A DNA stretch of 64,000 bases from Bispira polyomma (Eukaryota): positions 21,204,001 through 21,268,000 of the forward strand of contig OZ287758.1 of assembly GCA_965649765.1 (NCBI GenBank), given 5' to 3'. This document shows positions 48,401 through 61,948 of this stretch, one piece after another. The notes under the pieces are model-generated. The model did no database searches, was not told the origin of the DNA, and was given only the letters and a program-made list of their open reading frames with translations. The number at the start of each line of letters is the position of its first letter. Position 1 is the stretch's first letter. Made by a program: the position numbers and the translations under genes.

Positions 48401-51400
48401 CATTCTATAAAAGCAGCAGACGGGCTTCTTTGTGTTGGTATCTTAAATAAAAGACCCACAGCAATGTTCACTTTGAAGTCTGAGTGAGTTAAATGTAGTG
48501 GAATGATAAAATTACAAGTACAAAAGCCCCATTTTACTGTTCTGTGAACTTAGTTAAGTGCACTCTGGGACATTTATCAAAGGGATGCAAGAATTTATTT
48601 AGAGTGATAAAGTAAAATGAGATACCAATATGTCACAGCAATATGTTATTTTTGAAGAATGCAAACATGCTTTTTTCATGAATGAAATGACATATTTTTC
48701 CACGGCCTAACTTTACATATGTATTAAACTTTTTGTTATGTCGTCATCAACCATCATTTGTTAGGACACTTGTTTATAAGCAATACTGTTTATGAATGAG
48801 CATGTTTTGACATAGCCATATATGGGAAATGCATTATTATTGTTTTAAATGACTGTTTAAGAAACTTGTATAGTGACATGTGTTTGCATAATGATTTAGA
48901 ACGATTTTTCTTTATGGCCCTTTTGCCTCTCAACATTATGAACACAAGTGGCTTGATAGACTAAAATAATCAGAGAAAGGCTCATTTAAACCTGCTAACA
49001 GAGTGTAAAGAACAGACTTTTGATTACAGAAGACGCTGAATGATCTATTATCCCAATTACCCAGATCTTTGAAGTTGCTTCAACTAATAAGCTACAGTAA
49101 ATAGAATTATGCTCACACAGATGTCTTGTGTTTCAACATTTAACGGGTTTCATATTTTGCTGAAGTACTTCAATCACAAGATTATGGAATAAGACTACAG
49201 TACATGGAACGGATCTACACGGTCTTTACAACTTTAGCCAATAATTACATTGTAATATTATGGCGGAAATATACAATATTCATATATGGTTTGGATCTGA
49301 TCTATTCCAATTATACAATGCCTCCTACAAACCAACTACCAAGATAATGGAGATGAGAGATAGTGAAATAATTTCCAGCTATCCCTGATGAACAGATGTG
49401 TACTAGAAATCAGATATTCTGGTTGACATAAGCTTGACGCTCCAATAAGTCATGTCAAAAATAATCAAAATAATACTTATTCTGGAAATAAGCTTGCTCG
49501 ATCAACTGGATATTACAAGCTTGACATTGTGAATCTGGATTCATCTTTGCTACGATTAAAGACTACATTAAATAACTGTATTTGTCTTTCTTAATCCAAT
49601 ATACTGGTAACATACTAATATGAACCTTACATGAGGAGTTATAACCTACAGCTACTAAATATGAGCCAAGTAATGGTTACTTCATTAGGTTATCATGGAC
49701 TAAAAATCACTAAGCTATTCATATTAACTTGGCACCAAATGATGCAAGCTAACGTGAGTTCAGTATTAGAGCTAAAACTGTTAGAATAACCCTGCTTAGC
49801 TTGACATGGAAGACACAAAACCATCATACAGTGTCAACAAGGTAGCATGAGGACAACATCACGAGTTTACCCTTGTATCCTTACAGCACCATTTGGCCAG
49901 AGTTAATGTTTGATTCCACACTGGGGCAATGAAATCCCCCTCTGATATCAAGTGACAAATTGCAATCTGTCTCTTTGTGGTAGTCATTGCGGGGCTAACA
50001 TTGCAGCACGACTTGTACAAAACAAGCCCAAGAGGACTGACGGCTTAATGTAGGGATTTGTAGAGTGTTATCAGTTTGAATATACCACATGCCCTCTAAT
50101 TGCACTGAAGATTGAGGATTTGAGATAAATATATCAGAAGTTGAAAGTTATTTAAAATATAAAACAGGGCCCATGTTTAGTGTTTACCCTTTCAAAATAG
50201 AGTACCGAAGAATTACACACCACAGTAATAATTCATACAACCTTATACTCATATCTTATATCCTACTCATTTAATGATAATCTTAAACTTAAATGAATAA
50301 GTGTACATTCTTTAAAAATACAACGAAAACCCCCAAAGTGTAATTTGATACCCTTAGGGTAAGTCCACCAGCCTTTCTTTGTCAAGAACGTTATATTGTG
50401 TGATTCACTACTAGAAAACTTAATTCATAATAAACAGAACAAGTCCCTAACATATATGGCATACAACACAAAACCGGTAACCTTAACATTTCTATTTATG
50501 ACTGAGATTGCTAACTGGCTTTGGTATACAAAATAACTAACTGAATGCTTTAATGTCTTAGTTTTATAGCATCCATTAGTCACAATCAGTACTACTTACA
50601 GTGATAAAAGCTGTTTGTAAACACTGTATGTGTATGCTGTCAAAGTTGTGTGATCAGCCTCAGAAATCATGGCCTTACAATGCCTTACAAGGATGACAGC
50701 TGTTAATGTGTATCTATGGGCCGGAAGTCACATAGACGGCCTGGAAGTGTGTCAAGCACTTCACTGTCAACCAGCGGGAGTGGAAGCTTCTAGTTATTTG
50801 TCAATTTTTTTTAATAAAAAAATCACCAAAAACCTAGGTTTTTTTCTGAAAAGTTGCACTCATGAAATCAATACTGTTAGCTACAAAGCAATCAATAGCA
50901 TAAGTTAAACTCGATTTGGTAACAGATCCAAAATAAAACAACTCTTAATATGGCATGTTGTCTAAGGCATATTGTGAACAGTACAAGTGTTACCAAGACT
51001 ATATTGGTAAAACAAGGCTGCATTTTCTCCAGGTAGAAATGGCTGAACCCCATGTCTGGATATAATCCAGTACATCTATTGCATGTTATATACAAAGGAC
51101 AGATATGTTTTATGTGTTATCATAGGTAACCCAATTGTAATATAAATTTGTGTTTTTCTTGTTAACAGAGCAAAAGGAACAAACAAATACTTCAACTCAT
51201 GTTGTCATTTTTTAAAAGCATAAATAAACTTAACGTCTAGGTGAATCTGAGCATTGCAACAAAGTTCTGTTGCGGGGAGTTCCAGGAGAACCTATTTCAA
51301 TGAACTGTGTACTGCGGTCTACATTATATCATAAACAGTGACATAGTCCTCAAACAGTAATTTCTGCTTTAGCCCAGAGGTTCTTGAATATTTCCAAGTA

Positions 51401-52232
51401 AAACAAGTAAAGTGGGCAAAAGACTGACATGACATGATAAAATCTAAAGAAATGTATATTCCTTTCCACAATTGACAATCCCCATCCACTAGTGAGGACA
51501 AAATACACCCCCCGCCCCCTGCTCAAATACACAGGGAGTGATGGATTATAGAGTGGTTAAGCACATTTATTTCCTCACTGTGTAATAAAACACTGATTCA
51601 CAAATTGCTTTCCTGGGAGATAGGGTTGAATTGCTTATTTGCACTGGTTCAATGGAGTATTGATGGGTAAATCTTTAGGAGTAATGAGATTGCATCAGGA
51701 CAAGCAAGAAGTGAGAGGAAACAAGCCAAATAGGGAATGGGAGAATTCTTCTAGGCACAAACACTGGAGGAGTAAATTATCCCCTTGTTTACCCTCCTGG
51801 ATATTAAACATTCTCTGGTTTTTGGTGATTTCTGTTTTGATACCATTTATAAGCATTTTATTTTAGTAGTACATATACAATACTAAGTAAGATGATGGTA
51901 AAGCACAGATGGGTAGCTATTTTTTAAAGTATAAAGACCTAGTATATATGCAACCTGTTTTACATTTCATAGTGTAAAATATTGTTTTCTCTCTTCGGTA
52001 CCCTATAACTCAAACAGTATGGATGAATAATAGTGGGTAATTTCCTGACTGTTTCCATCAAAGAAAAAGTCCACAAACAACAACTGGGGTGTATAATGCC
52101 AGATACCACTTTGAACCACTTTAAACCCATTGCAGCCAGTTTATTTATTAAGCACACGTTTCATCAGACCAATAAACTAGACTTTGATAAAAGCCCCCAA
52201 ATCAAGCTTAAAGCTGTTTGCAGACTGGTAGA

Positions 52233-52489
52233 GGGGCCGCGGTGGCCTAGTGGTTAGCAAGCATTGCACTTCATAATCACTGGTCTCTCACCTCTGGGCG
52301 GCGTGAGTTCGAATCCCGTTGATGTCTATGTGGGAAAGGTGGTAGTTCCTTACTGTGGGCCGCTGATTTCTCTGCAGAACCTTGACCGACTGTATGCAGT
52401 GTTTCCTCCAGCGTTTCCAACTACCCGTCCCAATATAACCCACTAAAAGGTACTAGAGTGGACGTTAAATATCCAAATTCAAATTCAAA
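52233..52489 (+). mobile_element. Full-length tRNA-derived SINE with 14-bp TSD
   Basis: Same family as 8395; TSD tgcagactggtaga at 52219-52232 and 52490-52503. Confidence 0.95.
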
Positions 52490-52929
52490 TGCAGACTGGT
52501 AGAAAGTGATTAATAATGAGGTGAGCAGTCGTATTCCTTTTTGTACACAAGCAATATGTGAGACAATTTCACACTTTTTTCTTATATAATTTTGTGTCGA
52601 TTCAGACTATTTTTTGTTACAGGTTTTCAAGGTCAGTGAAAGTTTGATGTTTTACCTTAGTTTCAATATTTCAATTGCTAAAATTGCGATGTGAGATGAG
52701 TAAAAAGTAGAAAATAGATATAAACGCATTGACACCAATTGTGGCTTTTTATCCCATTTACTGAATAATAATGAGGGGTTTAGTTTACATTTGAGCATTA
52801 CTAGTATTTTTGTTTATTATAAATCTGTCAAAAACCTAAAGAGTTAACCACAGTTACAATATGGTTATTTTGTAAGGATTTTGTTTATTCCTCTATATTT
52901 ATTGCAACCATTGCAAGGCTCATAAACCA

Positions 52930-53180
52930 ACCAGACTATAGTGCACATATGAGGCATCATCAAAGGTTACATTTCTAAACTTGCAACAAATGAAATGCCA
53001 TTAATCAACCAAACCTAGAGGTACATATGCGACATTATCGAGGGTATACTTCAAGACTTGCAACAATTAAAATGCCTATAAATCATTCAGACCATAGTGT
53101 ACATCTGAGACATTATCAAGGGATACATATCTAGACTTGCATGGATATAAATGCCATTACCTGGTCATAGTATACACATG
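52930..53180 (+). repeat. ~79-bp diverged tandem repeat x3
   Basis: cagac(t/c)atagtg(c/t)acat..ga(g)cat(c/t)atc..acttgca..aaatgcc at ~52931, ~53010 and ~53089. Confidence 0.75.
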
Positions 53181-53223
53181 AAAGCCAGCCAGTAACAAGT
53201 ACAGTTTGGATTTCCTCACTTAC

Positions 53224-53338
53224 ATTGTGACTTGGGTGTTCCCTTGCTGTGAAGGCTTCTTGCTGGACTATTATATTCCAATAATTCCAGAGCCTCGTCC
53301 CCCTCAACACCCAGACTGCGCAGGCGCCAGAAAGACAT
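53224..53338 (-). CDS. Ninjurin-like, candidate alternative first coding exon (MSFWRLRSLGVEGDEALELLEYNSPARSLHSKGTPKSQ)
   Basis: ATG preceded by an in-frame stop; 38 codons + 1 nt, then gtaagt; phase 1 matches the 42430 acceptor; GC-richer than flanks. Confidence 0.62.
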
Positions 53339-56300
53339 CTTGTGAAGCCGCTATACTTGTCATTTATCCATTTGTTTTGTATATCTCGTCACAGAATTCA
53401 CACTAAATATTGATTTGCACTATTTGACACACAAACAGCCTTAATCCATTATTCGACTACATATCTTTACCTCTACATATCTTTACCGATTGGTATCTGA
53501 TACTGATGTCACCATGATATAATTAAGACAAGACTTTAACTGTAAATGTAGTCTATATTACTACTGCAGATAGAAATGTATCTTGTCTAAACAGAATATA
53601 TTGATTTCTGAGCTTACACATCCATAGAATTGATAACTGTGTGTTGTTATTATAAAGTCCCAGCAGCTACAAAAATGACACCCTCTTTGCCTTCGTGTTA
53701 TCCTTAATTCATGCCATTCTGTCACCCCCATAAAAACAAAACATCTCTGATTACCATCACACTGTACTAAATAGCATACAACTACATGTTCTGTGGTGTT
53801 TGGTCCTCAAACACACTTCCCCTAATATAGTGCACTCTTTTGTTTACAAACAAAGCACCCGTTCAACACGACATCCCAAAGTGGAACAACAACTTTCTGC
53901 GCCCTCCCGTTTTCCCCCTCTTTCTCTTCTCCTGGCTCTGTAATATTTCCCCCAATAAATCACATTTGAGCAGCGCATTAGGAGGAATGCAATTGGTATT
54001 GCATTGCACAGTGTCTTACCATTTCGAGGCAAGGCTAGAATTAATTGACATTTTCGGGTGGAGAAATGGAAGGGGATCCCTTTTTTTCTCTTTCTCTGTA
54101 CACGGGGGTTAGAACCTTGAGAAGGTTTGTCTTTCTGTTTGTGCTTGTTGTGGAATGTTTTATAAGCAAATCATGAACGATTGCCTAATAAAGGTTAGGG
54201 AGAGAGAGGGAGGGATATTGTTTGGGGAGGTGTTGTTTACTGTATTGCTCTGTTAAATGGCGACCTTGGTGAGAATAGCTCATGCTAATTGTAATACTTG
54301 AGTCAACATTTAACCAATCACTGATTTCAAGTACTCGAACTATTCTCCTAATTGATTGGACTTTTAAAGGATCAGCGACAGTTTGATGCAGATGTGGCAA
54401 TATGCACATTTGCAACCTATTTATACATTTTGCCATTTATTTCATAAACTATCCTTGTTCATTTTGTTTGCTAAAACAGTTAACCACCTTTAAAATAGCA
54501 TTGTCAAATATCTTAGTAGACTAAGAATGGTTGAGAAGGCACTCAAGTATCAATGATGTTGGAGTTATATGAATCACCTTATGTACTGGATATACTGTAA
54601 TTTATGTGAAATGGAGCAGAAAATGTATCCTATGAAGAACACTTGGTAAATACAAGCCAAACATATCTTATAATCAATGCTGTATAGAGCATATCATGTC
54701 CTATGGTACTGCAGAGGTTTTATTGTACACTGGACCCATTATGTGCACTGCATCTTTGAAAGACAAACCCCCTTTATCTCTTATATTGTTGTATAAATGT
54801 TAAGTAAAGGTCATTCCTCAATATACAGTAAATGAGATTGGTGGTTTTAAATACCATTGATACCATACCGACATCATGCCCAGAACAGCCTTTATACCTA
54901 TGACTACATGTATAGTTTGATCAAAGCCTTCATCAGCAGAAAGGTGGGTCAGTTATTAGTTTAACCTAGTTTAAGCAATGGTTTTAGACATTGAAAATTA
55001 TAAAGTGTCAAATTTAATTCATTTACTTTCAGAACAAAGAGCTAATGGTGGTAATAAATGTTTATGTGCTGGTATTTAAATAATCATGGTATTTTATTCT
55101 AAATATTCTTTCACTTATACAGTTACTCTAATGAGTAAATTGAAGGTTTTACAAATCTACAAATGCAATGTGTACCAGGCTACAACTGTACCAATGAATA
55201 TTTGATAATATGCCACAATGTTACAACAGTGTGTTATTTTTTTTGATATGCTTTATTATAATGTATGGCTGCAGCAATACCCCAATTAGATTGGCATCTA
55301 CTGTATTCTTGTTATTAATCATGGCTTTTTTGTCTATTCATTCACAATATGGTATAAATAATTACTGAAGCATTACTGCAATACATCAAGTTATGAGTTC
55401 ATTTATAGCATTGGAATGGTACTATCACTTCCCTTGCTTGGCTTTGTCCGAACTACATTCCATTTGTTTATTTCACCATGTTGGTCAACTTAATTTTCTT
55501 TTAATGGGCAGACAAATTTGTAGCCTTTTTATTTTTAATTCACCCTGCTGAATGGAATCCTGTTTTAGCAGAGGTGTTTTCTCCTGGTTCCTTGATATTC
55601 AACGTATAAGGGTTACAACTGTGTAAACCAAATAAATAACTGTTTATCTGTACCACTCTAATGGAGATGAAGTATGTTCCAGTTCAGTCTTATTTAGCAT
55701 GAGATAAGCTACAATCAGGACAATTTATGTGGCTACAGTTGTAGCTTTAATATCTTATCAGTACCACCCATCTTTTTCCCATTTCCATTGGATTTAAGGG
55801 TCTAATCATGTTCCCACAGCCATACATATAGACACACATTCACACAATCAATATTAGTAACAACATCTAACTTTACAGGGTGCGTACTTACTTGGTTGCT
55901 GTGTTCAGTATTAGTTATACCTTGGCAATCATATTTTATAGTGTAATGTCAATCACTCGTTATCTGATAAAATATTATTGCCTTGATTTTTAACCGGCAT
56001 GTATGACAGTTGATCATTACACAGCTGCTAACTAGACAAATGGAAAAGATGGAGAGTTTCTGACCAAAAAGTTGTTGATGAATGTTTTATTGTGGCCTCA
56101 TTGGAGGAAAACTGGCACCTGCAATAGCTTCAGTGGACTAGCAATATATAGTCTATATAGTCTATTTTTACAATTTCCCTTCACTAACATGCACGTTTCC
56201 TGTCAAATATGTTACCAACAAGGATGACTCACACACTTATAATGACGTTTTAAAAATAATACCTGGGTTTACTCCTCCAAATTGACTGTAAATGTTGCCT

Positions 56301-59300
56301 CACTGGGTTTGCATACAGAATATGAGTATTTTGCTAAGTTTAGTTAGCAGAACCTGGAGTCTATACAGATATTCTGGCAACAACATTGACTTTACAAGCA
56401 AACTTCAAGGGCGAACTGTTCTGAATAGCTTGTCGTAGACTTGTATACACATTTCTATGTCCCATATTTAGTTACTAACATAAAATTAATAATATGGGTA
56501 ATACATTATGGATATCATATATTTATTCCGGCACTACAGGAATCCTTTTGAATGGTATCAATCAATCTAAACATTTTGTAATATTTGTTCTGCAGTTAAC
56601 ATATAAATTGTTTACCATAGATACACATTGTGAAATGATGCAGAGACATATTGTTATAATTTCAATTGATATGAGACAGTTCACAAAGCTTAAGGTTAAT
56701 CAAATATCCACTTGCTAATGAGTCCATTGCTACATTTATAAATAGGATATAATTAGAGCCTTACTGCCAGGCTAAGTGTATCCGTAGTTTACCCAGTATA
56801 TCCAAGGGATTTGAAGGCAAATCCTCCCTGAATTGGAAATGTGCTCAGAGATCTTTGTCCTGTTTTAACAGTGACCTTGTATTACTTGTGGCATCGATTT
56901 AAAGCACCCATGTTTGGCTTCACTCTTTGCTTAGACTGCCACCAGAATGGAGACTATTTGGGGACTGCTTTGTATAAAACTTTCAAAGGCAGTTTCTTAC
57001 TTAAGGCTTTCTATCAAGTAAAATAAAGTTAAACTAATCTAAAAAGCTATGTAATCTTTCTATTCTAAACTATGATTTTATTAGAGATACACTTTTTCTC
57101 TGTGCAAAATATTGCCCAATTATTATTTGAAATTCTCTGCAATAGTTTTTAAATGTTCAAATTATAGGTACCCGTACTCACTATATCATAGTTTATTATT
57201 TATAATCTAAAATGGAATAGTTTACGTCTGATGACATTAAAGTGATTTAATGTACAAGACATGTTGCTCGGTAGAATAAGTCACATGGAAGATGCTAGCA
57301 AAATGATTGGATCAGATGGAATATATTTTCCGCCCTTCTTGTCATGTTTACAAATTGTGCCAATATATCTTGTGTTTCTAGCAATAACCAGACTGTCAAA
57401 ACTGTACTGCTAAATATATAGAGGTAGATTTAAATTTACATAATTTGGACGAGTGGAGTAAAATCAAAATCTAGTTCAAATACACCAAGACTAATTTTGG
57501 TGTCATCAGAGAAAATATAAGCTTGTCACATATTTCAACTTCAACTGGTACATTTCAACTCGTCAATGGTAACATTGGTGTATTTCTACTTGATATCCTA
57601 ATTCAGGGCAATTATGAATGGCTTTGACTTGTTAACTAATACTTAATCAAACACGAGTGGGTTCTCAAGACTTTAGTCTCAGCTAACACTTCATTGGTTC
57701 AATCAGTTCTGCATTAAGCAATTATGCTAAATATGTAAAGTCATACATATATGAAATCACTAATGTATGTCTAATGTTAATTGTAACATGTGCTACTTGT
57801 CATTTAAAGTTGTTATGCAAGCTAAGCATCTTAGTTCAAAGTAACATAGTTTAGTCATTTATATATATATATATATATTATTAATTGTATTAGATGAAAT
57901 CGGGTAGTTCTTATCAAAGTAATACAAAGCCATATTTTATTTCTGCCACTTGGCTTTGGTAGCTTGTGGAATTGAAATAATGCTCCTATTGATTGATTTT
58001 TTGCCCCTTTTTCCTCTTTGTTCCAGATAGGGACGTCACATGTAGTAGATAAATTGACAAAAGGCTTCTTTTTACGACATCTCCCCTATGACAGGAATGT
58101 GATGAAAGTCAAGAGTCCCTGAGAATTCTTTAAATTGAAAGGGCTGCATTACAAAGGCCTCAGATCATTGACAATTTAGCCAGTCATTGAAAGATCTTAT
58201 CTGTGGACATTCGAATCAACCTCACTTTAGACCCCAGAGAAGCTGAGGAGCAGTGTCCTAATTCTCCTAAGTATAATGGCACTTCTATTTAATGCATATA
58301 AGGCTTGTGAAATTTAACACCAATACACTTCTGAAAGGACAAACTCATTCTAGTGAACCAAATAATACTGAATCAATTATTTTAGTTTGTTAGAATTTTC
58401 TTTGTGTGTCCGCTAAATACATTTTTCATTGAGAAAGCTGCATTTTTAAAGTTAACATTTTGAACAAGGGATGTGGCTTCAGTTATATATGATTATTGAT
58501 AAAATGGATTTCCAAATTTACATGTAAGCAACAAAAACAACAAATGAATGAGCATGAATCCATTTATATAAGGAATAAAGACTACTACTATTGCCCATTC
58601 ACTCAGAGGAAGCTACTTAGCTACCAGCTAAACTACAGCAAACTTTTTTTTATAAAAATACTTGTGTGTATTTAAGTTGTATTGTTCAGATGTCCTTGGA
58701 TGGTAACTAGGTTTTCTATTTTGCATGATACTTGTTAGGGCAAAGCAAAGAGAAAACAACCTAAAAAAATCATCTTTCTGTAGATATTTTTACACAGCAT
58801 TGATGACAAAAAAAGAAAAAACAAAAAGAGCAATAAAATGCTGCAGAGAATCATTACAGGCGTGTCCCTGCATAGAGAATCTCTACCAAGGAACTGTATG
58901 ATGATCTACTAGAACAAACTATGGCATTTAAGTCAGTCTCTTAATTCTGAGGGATTGACTATAATTGCATATGATTAATAAATTGGCTAAATTAAGTGAC
59001 AGTGACTGGTGGAGCCAGGGTTCGTTTTGTTTTGTATGTCTGTGAAACTTGTAAGAAGATAATGTAAAGCTACATCTTGAGAAGGTGGCTGTCTTTGACC
59101 ATTCAAGTTACTTAATACAATAGATGACCAGTATTAGCCTGAGTAAAAACTCTTCACTGTGTTGGAACTATGCACAATACGTGTACATTTAATTCGTTGT
59201 AATGTACTCATGTATGAAACATGTGCTTGTTTTCTATCCTATTATAGGATATCTTAAATATCACTAAATCTTCATATTGTTTAATATGCTGATAACTTTC

Positions 59301-59899
59301 AATAAACTAATCGTTGCTTTCATATACACATATGAAGTATATGGAGTTTTTAGGGACGTTGGAGGTGTCTTAGGTGTCAGTAATATTTTATATTATTTCT
59401 GTATCAGACAAGGCTATTCCTTGAACTTCAACAGTGACCGATTTATTAATATTTATATACTAAATAAGGAGAATACTGACTCACAGAAGAGACATTGCAC
59501 TGAATTTGATCAGGAGCTTTCCACTTCCGACACCCATTTACACAGTATACAATTTGCACTTTGTATCTGGCTGTGATGCTATAAACCACGGATTTACCCC
59601 AGTGTTAATACCCAATAACCACCAACAAAACATCCACAGTATAAAACACACAAGGGAAGAGGAAAACAAAGAGTGTGATAGTCCCTCACCCCTCCGGCGG
59701 TTCATTTAATCCAATACACCCCTTGTAACAAAAGGGAATTAAATGCACGCCCAGTGATGAGCATAGAGAAGTGTGTGGTCCAATGAAGAATATACAATGT
59801 GGGCCCAGTAATGAGGATAGGATGCACTGCTAGGCGGCAATCCATCAACTAGAAGAAGAGCCAAAAGGGTGACAAGGGTACAAATTCTATAATAGAAAT

Positions 59900-60200
59900 C
59901 CAGTTAATTAGTTTCCAATATAGAAGACAGAAGGGATGTCCATGGACTTACTAAAGTAAAGCCAGGAGTGGCCAAGTGGGTTTTAGATCGAGAGGACATC
60001 TGGCCAAATCTAGATCTGTCTTGGTAAAATTTTCAGGAGGAAACAGTATGCAGATGGGATTAGAAGATATTACATAAAACGTGCAAAGCAACAAAAGTAC
60101 AACAACTGATGGTAAGCTGATTTTCAACCTGACAAAGATCGCCTAATATAAACTTGTTAAGCTGCTGCATCAGTAGTTTAAATCAAGCCAAGAATATCAC
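59900..60200 (+). mobile_element. Possible highly decayed LINE ORF1-like fragment
   Basis: KPGV..RGHLAKSRSVLVKFS..ADFQ loosely resembles the RP.LVKF..DF motif of LINE ORF1; weak. Confidence 0.25.
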
Positions 60201-61416
60201 TGAAGAGCATTAATAAGATTTGAAAAGTTTCTGTGGAATTTTCTCTTTCAGAATAATAAAAAGCACTGGATATTGAAAAACCAATTATACTATGCCATCT
60301 GGGGAATTGGGATGCTACTAAAACCGGACCACCAGTGGAAGGTGAAGGACACCTCTGGATCGATTTTCTTAAGTAGCAGATTCTGAAGTAACTTTTAGAA
60401 GACCCACTTGTTTGTTTTGTATTTAGCTCTATCAGATAAATCCATCAGACATATATTCTTTAAAAATTATAGTTAATTGTGAATTAGAGACTGTTACAAT
60501 TCAGCTCAAAGTCCTGCATACAGTAGGACCATTGACAAATGGCAAGCTTTTTGGGGGGTGTCTCTGTAAAATTCTATAGCAGCTTGTGAACAAATTAAGT
60601 TTGGACTCTGCAGATATTGGATTAGCCTTGTTTCCTAAATAACCACCGTTCTATAAAAAGTCCTACCCATATGATCGATCACAGCATATTCTGCTTCTGA
60701 CAGTTCTGTTTTTCGTAGTGGTATCTTTTATTGTACATAAACTGATATACTGTTAGTTGTCATCAATTTAGAAGCCTGTTGTTTATTTTATATATATTAG
60801 TATTTAGTGTTATATAGTCTATATTTATTTACAAAGATACAATCATCAAATTTAATCACAAAGGGACCTATTTTACACACCAATGCTGGCCAGTGTCATT
60901 ATGCACTCATATATCACAGTGCCATAAATGGGAGCATTATGTATATAGATCAAATTGCTTTGGTGCCCAATGCCTGTTTATGTGAGCAATGTAAATATGA
61001 TAAAAAATAAATTATAGTTTAATTATTATTTTGTAAAAGTATGTTAATGAGATTTTTACACAATATGAGTATTGTGTCATTTGAATCAAATATTTAATTT
61101 TGTAAAACTTTTGCACCCACAACGAAAATTAAAAACATATTCACAGAACTAGAATGACACTCAGTGGAGTGCAAACTTTCGCCAGAGTGCCCATAAACGT
61201 GAAACCAAATCCTGGATAGGCCCTTCTACCCAGATCTAATAAACAATTAAAGGATTTCTGGGTTCTCCAATGCCTCATTTCGCACCAAGTCTCATATAAA
61301 TGATAAAAGAATTTGTAATTGTATTCTTGTGACATACAAACCAACGGGCAACATCATAACTACTTTGTCTCAAGTACATGGATATCGACTACAGGTGTGT
61401 AACCAGACTAGGATTT

Positions 61417-61800
61417 AAAGTCCAAATAAGTAAAGACAAGAAGTCCAAATAAGTAAAGACAAGAAGTCCAAATAAGTAAAGACAAGAAATCCAAATAAGT
61501 AAAGACAGGGTGGCCAAATAAGTAAAGACAGGAAGTCCAAATAAGTAAAGACAGGAAGTCCAAATAAGTAAAGACAGGATGTCCAAATAAGTAAAGAGAG
61601 GATGTCCAAAAAAAGTAAAGACAGGAAGTCCAAATAAATAACGACAAGAAGTCCAAAAAAGTAAAGACTTGAAGTCCAAATAAGTAAAGAAAGGAAGTCC
61701 AATTAAGTAAGACTAGAATTCCAAATAAGTAAAGACTAATGTCCAAATAAGTAAAGACTAGAAGTCCAAATTAAAGCGAGACAAAGAGTCCAAATAAAGT
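61417..61800 (+). repeat. 23-bp minisatellite (aagtccaaataagtaaagacagg), ~16 copies
   Basis: Head-to-tail units with no spacers, decaying towards 61800. Confidence 0.95.
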
Positions 61801-61827
61801 AATCTAAGATATAATAAAAAAACTTAC

Positions 61828-61948
61828 TGAGTGTACTGCTTCTAGAGCTAATTGTTGTCCTTTTAAGCGAATCGTTGAGTTCAGTCGTCCTCCGTAAGGG
61901 TGTGTCTGGAGCGAACGAGAGGTTGTTTAACTGCTGGAATTTGTGCAT
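61828..61948 (-). CDS. Ninjurin-like, candidate distal alternative first coding exon (MHKFQQLNNLSFAPDTPLRRTTELNDSLKRTTISSRSSTL)
   Basis: ATG, 40 codons + 1 nt, then gtaagt; phase 1 matches the 42430 acceptor; CpG-containing and coding-like in an AT-rich context. Confidence 0.58.

Larger units (their letters stand above)
39659..61948 (-). other. Ninjurin-family gene locus (spliced, alternative first exons; ~298-351 aa isoforms)
   Basis: Phase-consistent GT-AG exon chain: (61828-61948 or 53224-53338) > 42357-42430 > 40369-41052 > 39659-39835; or 41683-41718 > 40369-41052 > 39659-39835. Confidence 0.7.

Noticed and set aside
61389-61746. Three overlapping hydrophobic minus-strand ORFs, or a CRISPR-like array
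   Set aside because: Artefact of a stop-free 23-bp minisatellite; units are head-to-tail with no unique spacers, and the context is eukaryotic
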